A DNA stretch of 64,000 nucleotides from a bacterium (GTDB lineage Bacteria; Hinthialibacterota; Hinthialibacteria; Hinthialibacterales; Hinthialibacteraceae), in contig CAXXMV010000008.1 in NCBI GenBank assembly GCA_963662285.2, positions 160,001-224,000 of the forward strand. The letters are read 5' to 3'. The translations under genes and the position numbers were made by a program. The notes beneath the pieces are model-generated. The model had not been told where the DNA came from, did no database searches, and worked only from the letters and a program-made list of their open reading frames with translations. Of the stretch, positions 1 to 9,318 are shown in pieces. Each line of letters begins with the position of its first letter. Positions within the stretch are counted from its first letter, which is position 1.

Positions 1-656
1 TAAAATTAATATCACAGGCTACTTCAATGCTGACCGGAAGCGATCAGGGACGTCGATACGCCGAAAAAATCTTTATATTCAAAATACTACCCGTCAGTGA
101 AGGCGATGCCAGCATCGGCGCCGCCACGGTGCGTTACGCGAAAAGCGAAGAGCAAAACGATAATTTCCTTACCACTGCTTCATCAACTTTAACTATCCAA
201 CCAGCGCCTTTTTCTTTGCAAAAATGGTGCAGCCGACAATGGAGCAAAACATGGTTCAAGGTTCTTATATTAATTGTTTTAATAACAATAATTTTTTGCG
301 TTACTCTTGCATTATATAGACGTAGGAATAAGGACATCCCTCAAGAGATTGAGGAAAAGGAAAATCCAGCGGATGTAGCATTGCAGGCTGCTCGTCGTTA
401 CCGCATTGAAGGCGACCGATCAAGTTATATAAAACAACTAAAAAATGCTGTGCTATATTCTTTTACAGAGCGATTTCCGCAAATCAAATCGACTGATTTA
501 ATGGATTTTCATGATCAAATAGATATTGAGCAACAAATTATTCTTGATCGTTTTATCGAGAATAGTGAACATTTACAATTCGCTCCGGTCTCTTCTTCAG
601 CCGATCAACTAGATCGAGTAATGCAAGACGCCAGAAATTTGGCCGGGCTATTATAA
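1..656 (+). CDS. BatD-like membrane protein, 5'-partial
   Basis: The frame is open from the window edge (KLISQATSMLTG...). It has a BatD-like beta segment (FIFKILPVSEGDASIGAATVRY), one TM helix and a helical C-terminus, and lies directly upstream of moxR. Confidence 0.6.
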   Translation, partial: KLISQATSMLTGSDQGRRYAEKIFIFKILPVSEGDASIGAATVRYAKSEEQNDNFLTTASSTLTIQPAPFSLQKWCSRQWSKTWFKVLILIVLITIIFCVTLALYRRRNKDIPQEIEEKENPADVALQAARRYRIEGDRSSYIKQLKNAVLYSFTERFPQIKSTDLMDFHDQIDIEQQIILDRFIENSEHLQFAPVSSSADQLDRVMQDARNLAGLL

Positions 657-696
657 ACAAACAAAAGCATCATACCCGAAACAAAGGAGGATCGCG

Positions 697-1704
697 TTGG
701 TGAGCGAGTCAATAACTTCCAGTCAGGATATCCGAGAAATATCAGAGCGCATTCGTGAGGAAAGCGCATTTATTGCTCCCCTTCTCGAGCAGATCGACAA
801 AATTATCGTCGGGCAACAATATATGGTGGAAAGGTTGCTGATCGGTCTTTTAACCGGTGGTCATGTATTGCTGGAGGGCGTACCGGGATTAGCCAAGACG
901 CTTACCGTTTCAACCTTGGCTAAAACTATCAGGTCATCGTTTCAGCGCATCCAGTTCACTCCCGACTTGCTGCCCGCCGACTTGATCGGAACCTTGATCT
1001 TTAATCAGCAAACGGGAGAGTTCGTGCCTAAAAAAGGTCCACTATTCGCCCAGATTATTCTGGCTGATGAAATCAATCGCGCCCCGGCCAAAGTGCAAAG
1101 CGCTTTGCTGGAAGCCATGCAGGAAAAACAAGTAACCATCGGCGATACAACTTATCCACTTACCGCGCCATTCCTGGTTCTGGCTACTCAAAATCCCATC
1201 GAACAGGAAGGCACCTATCCGCTTCCCGAAGCTCAAGTGGATAGGTTTATGCTTAAACTGAAAATCAATTATCCCAGCAAAGCGGAAGAGCGTATCATAC
1301 TTGACCGCATGACGGGCGAAGCCCTGCCGGAAGCTGAAAAAGTCATTGATCCCGAGACGATAATTAAAGCGCAGAATGTGGTGCGTCAGGTTTATGTTGA
1401 TCCTAAAATCCGCGATTACATTGTTGATATCGTCTTCGCCACGCGCGAACCGAAACTGTTCAACCTTGATATTGAGGACTTGATCCAATACGGCGCATCA
1501 CCGCGAGCCACCATCTATTTAACTATGGCGGCCAAAGCGCATGCTTTCCTAAAGGGACGGGGATACGTCACGCCGGAAGACGTCAAGTCAATTGGCATGG
1601 ATGTTCTGCGCCACCGGGTTATTCTCAGTTATGAAGCCGAAGCCGAAGAGAAAACCCCTGAACAGGTCGTGCAAACCATCTTCGATCATATTGAAGTGCC
1701 CTAA
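697..1704 (+). CDS. moxR: MoxR family AAA+ ATPase
   Basis: Walker A GVPGLAKT, RIQFTPDLLPADL, Walker B ILADEINRAPAKVQSALLEAM, QNPIEQEGTYPLPEAQ. RBS AAGGAGG; the start is TTG 697 or GTG 700. Confidence 0.95.
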   Translation: MVSESITSSQDIREISERIREESAFIAPLLEQIDKIIVGQQYMVERLLIGLLTGGHVLLEGVPGLAKTLTVSTLAKTIRSSFQRIQFTPDLLPADLIGTLIFNQQTGEFVPKKGPLFAQIILADEINRAPAKVQSALLEAMQEKQVTIGDTTYPLTAPFLVLATQNPIEQEGTYPLPEAQVDRFMLKLKINYPSKAEERIILDRMTGEALPEAEKVIDPETIIKAQNVVRQVYVDPKIRDYIVDIVFATREPKLFNLDIEDLIQYGASPRATIYLTMAAKAHAFLKGRGYVTPEDVKSIGMDVLRHRVILSYEAEAEEKTPEQVVQTIFDHIEVP

Positions 1705-1708
1705 GAAG

Positions 1709-1737
1709 GTAGGGCGCGCCCCTCGTGGGCGCCCGGT
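1709..1737 (+). repeat. GTAG-type REP-like palindrome
   Basis: GTAGGGCGCGCCCCTCGTGGGCGCCCGGT, identical (29/29) to 8422-8450. Confidence 0.85.
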
Positions 1738-1797
1738 TCACTCACCACCCCAAAGGGAGATGAGTTTCGAGTTTGAAAAGGTTCTTTGGTAAAAGAG

Positions 1798-1839
1798 ATT
1801 CCTCTCCCAAGATTGGGAGAGGCTAGGAGAGGGTTGATA
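1798..1839. repeat. C/G-rich hairpin repeat (family A, single half)
   Basis: ATTCCTCTCCCAAGATTGGGAGAGGCTAGGAGAGGGTTGATA is nearly identical to 36118-36159 and to the reverse complement of 51421-51462. Confidence 0.85.
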
Positions 1840-1885
1840 TCAACAACTCTCGATAATAAACGCCCTTTTCAGGTTTAATAAAACC

Positions 1886-2787
1886 ATGACTGATAAACCG
1901 CAGGCATCCATAATCGTCCGGACTTACAATCGACCGAAAGGTTGATTGAATGCCTTCAGTCTATCCGTAAACAGACCTGTCAATCTTTTGAAACAGTAAT
2001 AGTCAACGATGCGGGGTCGGATGTTGAACACATAATTCAAGACGAACTAGGTTCCCTGCCCTTCCAGTATATATGCAACAAACAAAACATGGGGCGCACC
2101 GCAGCATTAAACATCGGCGTTGAAGCAGCTCAGGGAGCATACATCTGCTTTCTGGACGACGACGACGTAATCTATCCCGATCACATCAAGACGCTGACCG
2201 ATGCGGTTCGTAATCATAAACTTCCCATGGTCTACAGCGATGTTATCAACGTCACCTTCGAACAAAACAAAGACACGGGTGAGTGGATCCGCGCTAAAGA
2301 GCAATTGGTTTATTCGTTCGATTTTAATGCGGATAATTTCCTGTTGGCCAACTACATACCCATCACCTGTTGGTTAATCCGCCGTGATTGCTTTGATTCG
2401 GTTGGGCCTTTTGATGAGTCATTGCATATCTACGAAGATTGGGAATTCCTTATCCGCTTGTCACGCAAATTCAAATTCCTTCATATTCCCAAAATCACCG
2501 GCGAATACCGTCGGCGGGATGATAATTCCAATATTCTCGAACAAGACCAATATCCCATTAACGAGGGAGTCGTCAAGCGGCGCTACCGCGATAACCGCGA
2601 CGCAGCGTTTGACGCCATTTTCAAGCGCACTTTCCAGCAACATAGAGATATTAGAAACATGAATGCTCAGACTCAACAAACATTACGTCAGGCGGCTCAA
2701 TTGCAAACTCAATTGGGTGAAGCGCAAACCACGATTGTCAATTTGCAGCAACAGATAATTCAAATGCGTTCGGAGAAGTCATCATGA
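1886..2787 (+). pseudogene. GT2 glycosyltransferase with a 1-nt frameshift near 1937-1941 (pseudogene or sequencing error)
   Basis: ATG 1886 reads MTDKPQASIIVRTYNRPKG-stop, a canonical GT2 N-terminus. The rest (LIECLQSI...VNDAGSD...FLDDDD...EDWEF plus a coiled-coil tail) is in the 1942 frame. Confidence 0.8.
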
Positions 2788-3659
2788 TGCCGCGCGAACT
2801 GCTCAGCCAGATCCGGCGTATAGAAATCCGCACCAACCGGATGGTCAACGATATTCTGGCCGGTGAATATCACTCCGTCTTCAAAGGGCAAGGTGTGGAG
2901 TTCGAAGAAGTACGCGAGTATCAACACGGCGATGACATCCGCACCATCGACTGGAATGTCACCGCCCGCATGGGCATCCCCTTCGTAAAGCGCTACCGCG
3001 AAGAACGCGAACTTACCGTAATGCTGATGGTGGATGCTTCATCATCCAGTATGTTTGGCACGGCGGAGAAGATGAAAGGCGAGTTGGCGGTCGAACTTTC
3101 AGCCGTACTGGCTTTTTCCGCCATCAAGAATAATGACCGGGTTGGTTTGATACTCTTCACAGATAAGGTGGAAAAATTCTTCCCCCCCAAAAAAGGCAAG
3201 AAACACGTTCTACGCCTCATTAGAGATTTGTTGACTTTTGAACCAACCGGCGGATCAACCGATATCAAGTCAGCGCTTGATTATATGGGCAAGATTTTAA
3301 CCCGTAAAAGCGTGGTCTTTTTGTTGTCTGATTTCATGAACCAGAATTACGAAGATGCTTTGCGGGTGGCAAACAAAAAGCATGACCTGATCACCATCAG
3401 CATCACTGATCCCCGCGAAGTCGAAATGCCGCCTATCGGCTTCCTCGAACTGGAGGATGCGGAGACGGGCGAAATCATCGTAATCGATACTTTCGATGCA
3501 TCGATCCGAAAGCGCTTTTCAGACACGGCGGCAGCCGATCTAGATAAAATGACGCTTAATTTCAAACGAATGAAAGTCGATCATGTTCCAGTGCGGACTG
3601 ATCAATCATATATAGATCCACTAGTACGCTTCTTCAAAAAAAGAGCGCAACGGTATTAA
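2784..3659 (+). CDS. DUF58 (MoxR-associated vWA-like) protein
   Basis: GEYHSVFKGQGVEFEEVREYQHGDDIRTIDWNVTAR, DASSSM, SDF motifs. ATGA overlap with the upstream gene. Confidence 0.93.
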   Translation: MMPRELLSQIRRIEIRTNRMVNDILAGEYHSVFKGQGVEFEEVREYQHGDDIRTIDWNVTARMGIPFVKRYREERELTVMLMVDASSSSMFGTAEKMKGELAVELSAVLAFSAIKNNDRVGLILFTDKVEKFFPPKKGKKHVLRLIRDLLTFEPTGGSTDIKSALDYMGKILTRKSVVFLLSDFMNQNYEDALRVANKKHDLITISITDPREVEMPPIGFLELEDAETGEIIVIDTFDASIRKRFSDTAAADLDKMTLNFKRMKVDHVPVRTDQSYIDPLVRFFKKRAQRY

Positions 3660-3709
3660 GAAAACGCAACAGATCAGCAGAATGAAATGTTAAGATAAAA
3701 AATACTTAA

Positions 3710-3828
3710 TAGGCTCACATTCTCCCCCCAAGCCTGGGGGGAGTTAGAGGGGGGTTGCGCAACCCCCTCCTAACCTCCCCCAGGCTTGGGGGAGGAATAT
3801 AGCGTTTCAATCGGCTGACATATTACAA
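3710..3828. repeat. Composite palindromic element (family A, inward pair)
   Basis: Two CTCCCCC..GGGGGAG hairpins flank a GTTAG..CTAAC inverted pair. Homologous, including flanks, to 19324-19452 and 23475-23564. Confidence 0.85.
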
Positions 3829-3848
3829 TAAAACCAAAGAGGATTGCG

Positions 3849-5108
3849 ATGAAAGATATCGTTTTTTCAACCGTAACCATCTGTCTATTATTAGTAATTC
3901 TGGTCTTGATCCTGTTATCTCCCAGCGGCGGGACGCCGCAGAGTCCAGTGCTGCCCGAGCAAATGCGCACCCTGGCGGCGGCTCTTGAATCGCAGGGGCT
4001 TTATAAGCAAGCGGTCGATCAATACGCCAGTTACCTTGAGGTTGCTCAGGCGCCCGCCGAACAACGCGCCAATATTCTCTACCGCATGGGAACCATTTAC
4101 CTGGATCAATTAAGCGACTACGAAAACGCGCTGGCTTCTTTCCTGCGCATCAGTCATCTATATCCCAAAGCCGCAATCGTACGCGACGCCGAAAAGCGCA
4201 TGGTGCGCTGCTTTGAAGAGTTGCAGCGCGGCGGGGCGGCGCAAAGAAAATTGAAGCAACTGACCGACCTTGATCCCGATCAGGAGCCTCAAGGCGCCGG
4301 CCCGGTAGTCGCGCAGATCGGCGATAGAAAAATCACCCTGGATCAATTAGAGAGTGAACTGAACCAGATGCCTGATATGCAGCGCAAGCAATACGAAGCG
4401 CCTGACAAAAAGCGCGAATACCTGAAATCCAAATTATTCGAAGAACTGCTTTACGACATGGCCTTACGCAAGGAATACAACAAAGACCGCGAAGTACGCC
4501 AGCAGGTGCAGCGCATTGAGAAAATGATCCTGGCCCAAAAAGTGTTGCAAGAGGAAGTGACTCAAAAAATTCAAGTCTCTCAAGGCGATCTCGATCTCTA
4601 TTACAAAGCCAATCCCGACGAGTTCAAGATTCCTCTGTCACTACGCATATCACACATCCAAACCGCTGATGAAGAGAAGGCCAATCAGGCCAAAAAAGCA
4701 TTGGATGAGGGATTATCTTTCGCGGAAGCGGTCAACAAATTCTCTGAAGATGAACGCACCAAAGCTCGCGGCGGTTCCCTGGGCGCCATCTATCAAGGCG
4801 GACAGAGCATATCCGGCATCGGATCAGTCCCTGAAATAATCCAACAACTGATAACTTTGAACAAAGATGACGTCACTACTCCCATTAAAAGCGATAAGGG
4901 ATTTCATATTTTCAAAATTACCGAAAAAACGCCTGAACGTCAAATGCCGTTCGATGAAGTTAAATCGCAAGTTGAAGCGCGGCTCAAGCAACGCAAAGCC
5001 AGTGAACTGCAAACAGAACTGCTGCAACGTCTATTAAAAGCTGAGAAGGTGAAAATTTTCGATCAATCATTGATCGATCAACAACAGACGCAGAGCAGTT
5101 CAAATTAA
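3849..5108 (+). CDS. TPR-containing parvulin-type peptidyl-prolyl isomerase (PrsA/SurA-like)
   Basis: N-terminal TM/signal, TPR helices, VAQIGDRKIT, ISHIQ, FSEDERTKARGGSLG, PIKSDKGFHIFK. Confidence 0.85.
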   Translation: MKDIVFSTVTICLLLVILVLILLSPSGGTPQSPVLPEQMRTLAAALESQGLYKQAVDQYASYLEVAQAPAEQRANILYRMGTIYLDQLSDYENALASFLRISHLYPKAAIVRDAEKRMVRCFEELQRGGAAQRKLKQLTDLDPDQEPQGAGPVVAQIGDRKITLDQLESELNQMPDMQRKQYEAPDKKREYLKSKLFEELLYDMALRKEYNKDREVRQQVQRIEKMILAQKVLQEEVTQKIQVSQGDLDLYYKANPDEFKIPLSLRISHIQTADEEKANQAKKALDEGLSFAEAVNKFSEDERTKARGGSLGAIYQGGQSISGIGSVPEIIQQLITLNKDDVTTPIKSDKGFHIFKITEKTPERQMPFDEVKSQVEARLKQRKASELQTELLQRLLKAEKVKIFDQSLIDQQQTQSSSN

Positions 5109-5143
5109 TAAGCCGTATATACAAGACGCCAAAAGAAAATAAC

Positions 5144-6232
5144 ATGACCACTAGTTTTCTCTTTTACGCCATAATAACGCTAAGCGCGATAGCCCAGACG
5201 CCGACCAACGCAACAGCGCCTATTGCAGTTCAAATCAATTCTGCAACCGCTATCGCTGATCCAGGCATTTCTTCAGCCGTTATCGCTGATCATCTGGTTC
5301 CAACCATTGAAACCAGAGTCGACCGCAGCGAGATGCTGATCGGAGACGTCTTTCATTTGACTATCTCCATCACCCGCGACCCAAGCATCCAGGTAATTCA
5401 AAGCGGCGCAGACCTCGATCTGGGTCAATTCACCATCAAAGAGATCAATCCCGGCAATGATGAAAAACTGGATAACGGTAAAATCAAACAGACCGTGGAT
5501 TATCAGTTATCCACCTTTTTCACAGGTGAATTTGAAATCCCCGCTTTCGATATCCTCTTTCACGACGAAAACGGCGCTCAGGGAACCTTACGTACTGCAC
5601 CCATCAAAATCACCGTGCGCAGTTTGACCCCTGAGGAATCGGAAGACCTCGACATCAGAGACATCAAAGAGCCGGTTCTGATCGATGGCCCCAGCCGCAT
5701 GTGGATCATTTGGACTTCTTTAATATCGCTTATCGCGCTAATCCTTCTGATCTATTTCGTGCGGCGTTATTTAAATAATAAAAAGAAAATCATCCCAGAC
5801 GAACCGCCCCTGCCGCCTCATCTGGAAGCTTATCAGGCATTACAAGCATTGCGGGAAAACCGCGATTGGCTGGAGCAACGGGATTACGAATTCTTTTCAA
5901 CGAAGGTCAGCGAAATAATCCGTCGATACACATCCCGCCGTTGGATCATTAACGCCCTGGATGAAACATCCGACGAGATCATGATGGAACTGAAAAACAT
6001 CAATCTCTCTAATGATATTATCATCAGTTTTTTCAATTTATTTGGAGACTGTGATTTAATGAAGTTCGCTAAACACCAACTGCCCTTAGATGAGTTGGAA
6101 GGACTGATCGATCAAGCCAAAAGCATCGTCGATCATACCTGCGAAACCTCAGAAGATATTGTAGATTCATCGGAAAATAAAGACACACCGGAACAAAAAG
6201 TAGAACCGGTAGAACCTGTAGACGAGGCGTAA
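5144..6232 (+). CDS. Bat-operon membrane protein (BatD-like N-domain, TM helix, helical C-domain)
   Basis: Signal peptide, IGDVFHLTISI, GEFEIP, IRDIKEP, TM helix, PPHLEAYQAL, ALDETSDE, DLMKFAK. Confidence 0.8.
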   Translation: MTTSFLFYAIITLSAIAQTPTNATAPIAVQINSATAIADPGISSAVIADHLVPTIETRVDRSEMLIGDVFHLTISITRDPSIQVIQSGADLDLGQFTIKEINPGNDEKLDNGKIKQTVDYQLSTFFTGEFEIPAFDILFHDENGAQGTLRTAPIKITVRSLTPEESEDLDIRDIKEPVLIDGPSRMWIIWTSLISLIALILLIYFVRRYLNNKKKIIPDEPPLPPHLEAYQALQALRENRDWLEQRDYEFFSTKVSEIIRRYTSRRWIINALDETSDEIMMELKNINLSNDIIISFFNLFGDCDLMKFAKHQLPLDELEGLIDQAKSIVDHTCETSEDIVDSSENKDTPEQKVEPVEPVDEA

Positions 6233-7252
6233 ATGCGATTTGCTTACCAAGGTTACTTACTGCTGCTTCTGATCATCCCAATCCTGGCGTGGCGCTTTCG
6301 GCGGCGCGGCAGTGGAGCGCCATTGATCTATTCGGATATCAGCCGCATCAAAAAGATATTCGGAGTGCGCGGCGCCCGACGGCCTGTCACCCATAAGATA
6401 CGCCATCTGCTGGCCTATTTACGCTTTGTCGTACTGGCCTTGTTTATCCTGGCGTTGGCCAGACCGCAGGCCGAACTGATCAGCAGCCAGATATACACTG
6501 AAGGCATCGACATCATGCTGACCGTCGATGTATCTAACAGCATGGTGTTGATCGACATCGATATGGCTCAACGCCGCACGCGGTTAGATGTCACCAAGGA
6601 AGTCGTGCAATCTTTCGTGGAGGGACGTTCCAACGACCGCATTGGTATGACCGTCTTCGCCACCGACGCTTTCCTGCAATGCCCCCTGACCGTCGATTAC
6701 GGCATCGTCAAGAATTTCCTGTCTGAAATTAAACTGGAAATGATCCCCGGCAACAGCACCGCCATCGGCAACGCCATCGCCTCTTCGCTCAACCGCTTGC
6801 GTCATACCGAAGCCAAATCAAAGGTCATTATTCTAATCACTGACGGCGCCAGCAATTCCGGCGAAATTGATCCACTCACCGCCGCCGAGATGGCTAAAGC
6901 AATGGGAGTAAAAATTCACGCCATCGGCATCGGTGGAACCGGCGTTCCCTTCATCATGCAAAACGACCTGCTCTTCGGGCAGCACATGCGCAAAGTTCCC
7001 CAGGCCGAACGAATCGATGAAACAACTCTCAAAAAAATCGCTGAAACCACCGACGGCAAGTACTTCCGCGCCGCCAACACCGAGCAATTTAACGAGATAT
7101 TTAAATCTATCGATAAGATGGAAAAAAGCAATATTCAGACCCAGGGCAGCCGGCGTTACCGTGAACTGTTTTACTGGTTCCTCATTCCGGCGCTACTCCT
7201 GTTGTTGATTGAATTGATATTATCGCAAACGCGATTCAGGAAACTGCCATGA
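6233..7252 (+). CDS. batA: BatA-type vWA domain protein
   Basis: MRF start, LALARPQ, MIDAS DVSNSM, DRIGMTVFA, QCPLT, TAIGNAI, ITDGASN, C-terminal TM helix. Confidence 0.9.
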   Translation: MRFAYQGYLLLLLIIPILAWRFRRRGSGAPLIYSDISRIKKIFGVRGARRPVTHKIRHLLAYLRFVVLALFILALARPQAELISSQIYTEGIDIMLTVDVSNSMVLIDIDMAQRRTRLDVTKEVVQSFVEGRSNDRIGMTVFATDAFLQCPLTVDYGIVKNFLSEIKLEMIPGNSTAIGNAIASSLNRLRHTEAKSKVIILITDGASNSGEIDPLTAAEMAKAMGVKIHAIGIGGTGVPFIMQNDLLFGQHMRKVPQAERIDETTLKKIAETTDGKYFRAANTEQFNEIFKSIDKMEKSNIQTQGSRRYRELFYWFLIPALLLLLIELILSQTRFRKLP

Positions 7253-8307
7253 GATTTGGAGCGCATGAATTCTTAAACACTCTTTGGCTATTGATACCGC
7301 TGGCTCTATTCCTGCGCTGGGCGTGGAAACAACGCCTGCTGGCGTTGGAGCGCTTCGGCAATAAAGAGCTGGTGTCGCGCCTCATGGAAGGCGTCAGCCG
7401 CAAAAAACAGAAGGTGCGTCTATCGCTGCTCTTCTTCGTTTTCGCCCTATCGCTGGTCGCTCTTTCCCGCCCGCTATGGGGACAGAAAGAACAAACCGTC
7501 GTATCGCGCGGACACGATATAATCATAGCCCTGGACGTATCGCGCAGTATGCTGGCTGAAGATATCAAACCAAACCGCCTGGCCAAAGCCAAGCATGAAA
7601 TCGCCGCCTTGTTTGATAAACTGGAAGGCAACCGCATCGGGCTTATTGTCTTCGCTGGAGACGCTTTCGTGCAATGTCCGCTTACCCTGGATTATGCAGC
7701 GGCCAAGATTCTCTTAAGCGAGGTGGACGTCGGATCCGTCCCGGTTCCCGGCACGGCTATTTCCAAAGCCATAAACAAATCAGTCGAATCGTTCCCTCCC
7801 GGAGACCGGGAATCACGGGTGGTCATTCTTATCACCGATGGCGAAGATACAGAGGAAGACGCCAAGGCAGCTGCGGAAGCCGCCGAAAAAGAAGGCGTCA
7901 TGATTTACGCCATCGGCATCGGCGATCCCTTCGGCGTTCCCATTCCCCTTCGGGATGATTCCGGCGCCTTACGCGAATACATTAAAGATAGTGAAGGCAA
8001 CGCCGTCACTAGTAAATTGGATGAAACATCTCTGCGCGCTGTATGCCTCACCACTGGAGGCGCTTATTACCGGGTCCGGGCGGATTCGCTGCAACTGGAC
8101 GATATATACAATCACATGGAGCAACGCCGTCAGGAACGGCTGCTGCATTCTCAGTTCATCACCCAATTCGAAGAGCGTTTTCAATATTTTCTGCTGCCCG
8201 CGCTGGTTCTGCTTATGATCGAAATGATGCTTACAGACCGTAAACGAACCGTGACGCGCAGCGTTGGAGGATTCAGCCATAACGAGATTGAACAGAATAG
8301 GCTCTAG
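7249..8307 (+). CDS. batB: BatB-type vWA domain protein
   Basis: ALSRPLWG, DVSRSMLAEDIKPNRL, FAGDAFVQCPLTLD, ITDGED, SKLDE. Overlaps the batA stop. Confidence 0.9.
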   Translation: MRFGAHEFLNTLWLLIPLALFLRWAWKQRLLALERFGNKELVSRLMEGVSRKKQKVRLSLLFFVFALSLVALSRPLWGQKEQTVVSRGHDIIIALDVSRSMLAEDIKPNRLAKAKHEIAALFDKLEGNRIGLIVFAGDAFVQCPLTLDYAAAKILLSEVDVGSVPVPGTAISKAINKSVESFPPGDRESRVVILITDGEDTEEDAKAAAEAAEKEGVMIYAIGIGDPFGVPIPLRDDSGALREYIKDSEGNAVTSKLDETSLRAVCLTTGGAYYRVRADSLQLDDIYNHMEQRRQERLLHSQFITQFEERFQYFLLPALVLLMIEMMLTDRKRTVTRSVGGFSHNEIEQNRL

Positions 8308-8378
8308 GTCTATCTGATAAGATACGATTGTTGAGATACAATCCTAAATGTGTTTTGGATTTGATTAGGTGGTTCTTT

Positions 8379-8450
8379 GGCGGGTCGATAAAACTGACCC
8401 ACCCTACGCGTGGGAAACAATGTAGGGCGCGCCCCTCGTGGGCGCCCGGT
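8379..8450. repeat. Back-to-back pair of GTAG-type REP-like palindromes
   Basis: The reverse complement of 8379-8407 is GTAG-GGTGGGTC-N9-GACCCGCC. 8422-8450 is identical to 1709-1737. Confidence 0.8.
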
Positions 8451-8502
8451 ATCACCAAAAACTAGGTAAAAACGCAATCATACATATTAACAGGATATAA
8501 TC

Positions 8503-9306
8503 ATGAAAAGTATCACCAAAATCTTCCTCCTAGCAATATTGATTGGCTGTCAGGTCGCCTGGATCAATCCCCTGCGCGACCAAGTTAAAAAAGCTAACCA
8601 GGTCTATAGCGAAGAAAAGTATCAGGAAGCGATCCAGTTATATACCGACATCGCCGCCACCTACGCTCCCGAATCCAAAGAACTGCATTTCAATATAGGC
8701 GATTCGTGGTTCAGACAGGAAGATTACGATAAATCTATTGAGGAATATCAAAAAGTGGTCGGCGCCAGTGATGAGAAGTTTGAAGCCCTGGCCCACTATA
8801 ACATCGGCAACGCCCAGTTCCGCAAAGAGGATTATCAAAAAGCCATTGAATCATACATCTACTCTCTGAAACTCAATCCAACAGATGAAGACGCCAAATA
8901 CAATCTCGAAGTCGCCCGGCGCAAACTGAAAGAACAGATAGATAAAAATAAACAGCAGCAAGACCAACAGGATCAACAACAGCAAAACAAGAATGATCAA
9001 AAACAGGATCAACAGAAACAAAACCAACCACAAGACCAACAGCAAGAACAAGAACAAAAACAAGACGAACAACAGGATAAAAACGAAGAACAGCAGCAAC
9101 AACAGCAGCAAGAACAAAAAGATCAGGATCAAAAGCAGCAACAGGAACAACAGCAACCCAGCGATGAACAACCGCGTCAGGAAATGACCAAGGAACAGGC
9201 CATGCAGTTGCTCAATAACCTGGAAGACGACGAAAAAGAGAAGCGCAAGGAATTCAAGCGACGTCCTCCGGTCAATGGCGGGCGCCGGACGGATAAAGAC
9301 TGGTAG
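8503..9306 (+). CDS. batC: BatC-type TPR protein with Gln-rich linker
   Basis: TPRs (HFNIGDS, HYNIGNAQF, DAKYNLE), Q/D/E/K low-complexity linker, MTKEQAMQLL, C-terminal KDW. Confidence 0.9.
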   Translation: MKSITKIFLLAILIGCQVAWINPLRDQVKKANQVYSEEKYQEAIQLYTDIAATYAPESKELHFNIGDSWFRQEDYDKSIEEYQKVVGASDEKFEALAHYNIGNAQFRKEDYQKAIESYIYSLKLNPTDEDAKYNLEVARRKLKEQIDKNKQQQDQQDQQQQNKNDQKQDQQKQNQPQDQQQEQEQKQDEQQDKNEEQQQQQQQEQKDQDQKQQQEQQQPSDEQPRQEMTKEQAMQLLNNLEDDEKEKRKEFKRRPPVNGGRRTDKDW

Positions 9307-9318
9307 GAGAGAAGAAAG

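Noticed and set aside
1943-1945. TGA as a selenocysteine or readthrough codon in the GT2 gene
   Set aside because: The continuation is in a different frame, so readthrough would not restore the protein.
8851-9187. Hydrophobic 106-aa antisense ORF and Asn/Lys-rich alternative-frame ORF
   Set aside because: Both are shadows of the Gln-rich linker of batC.
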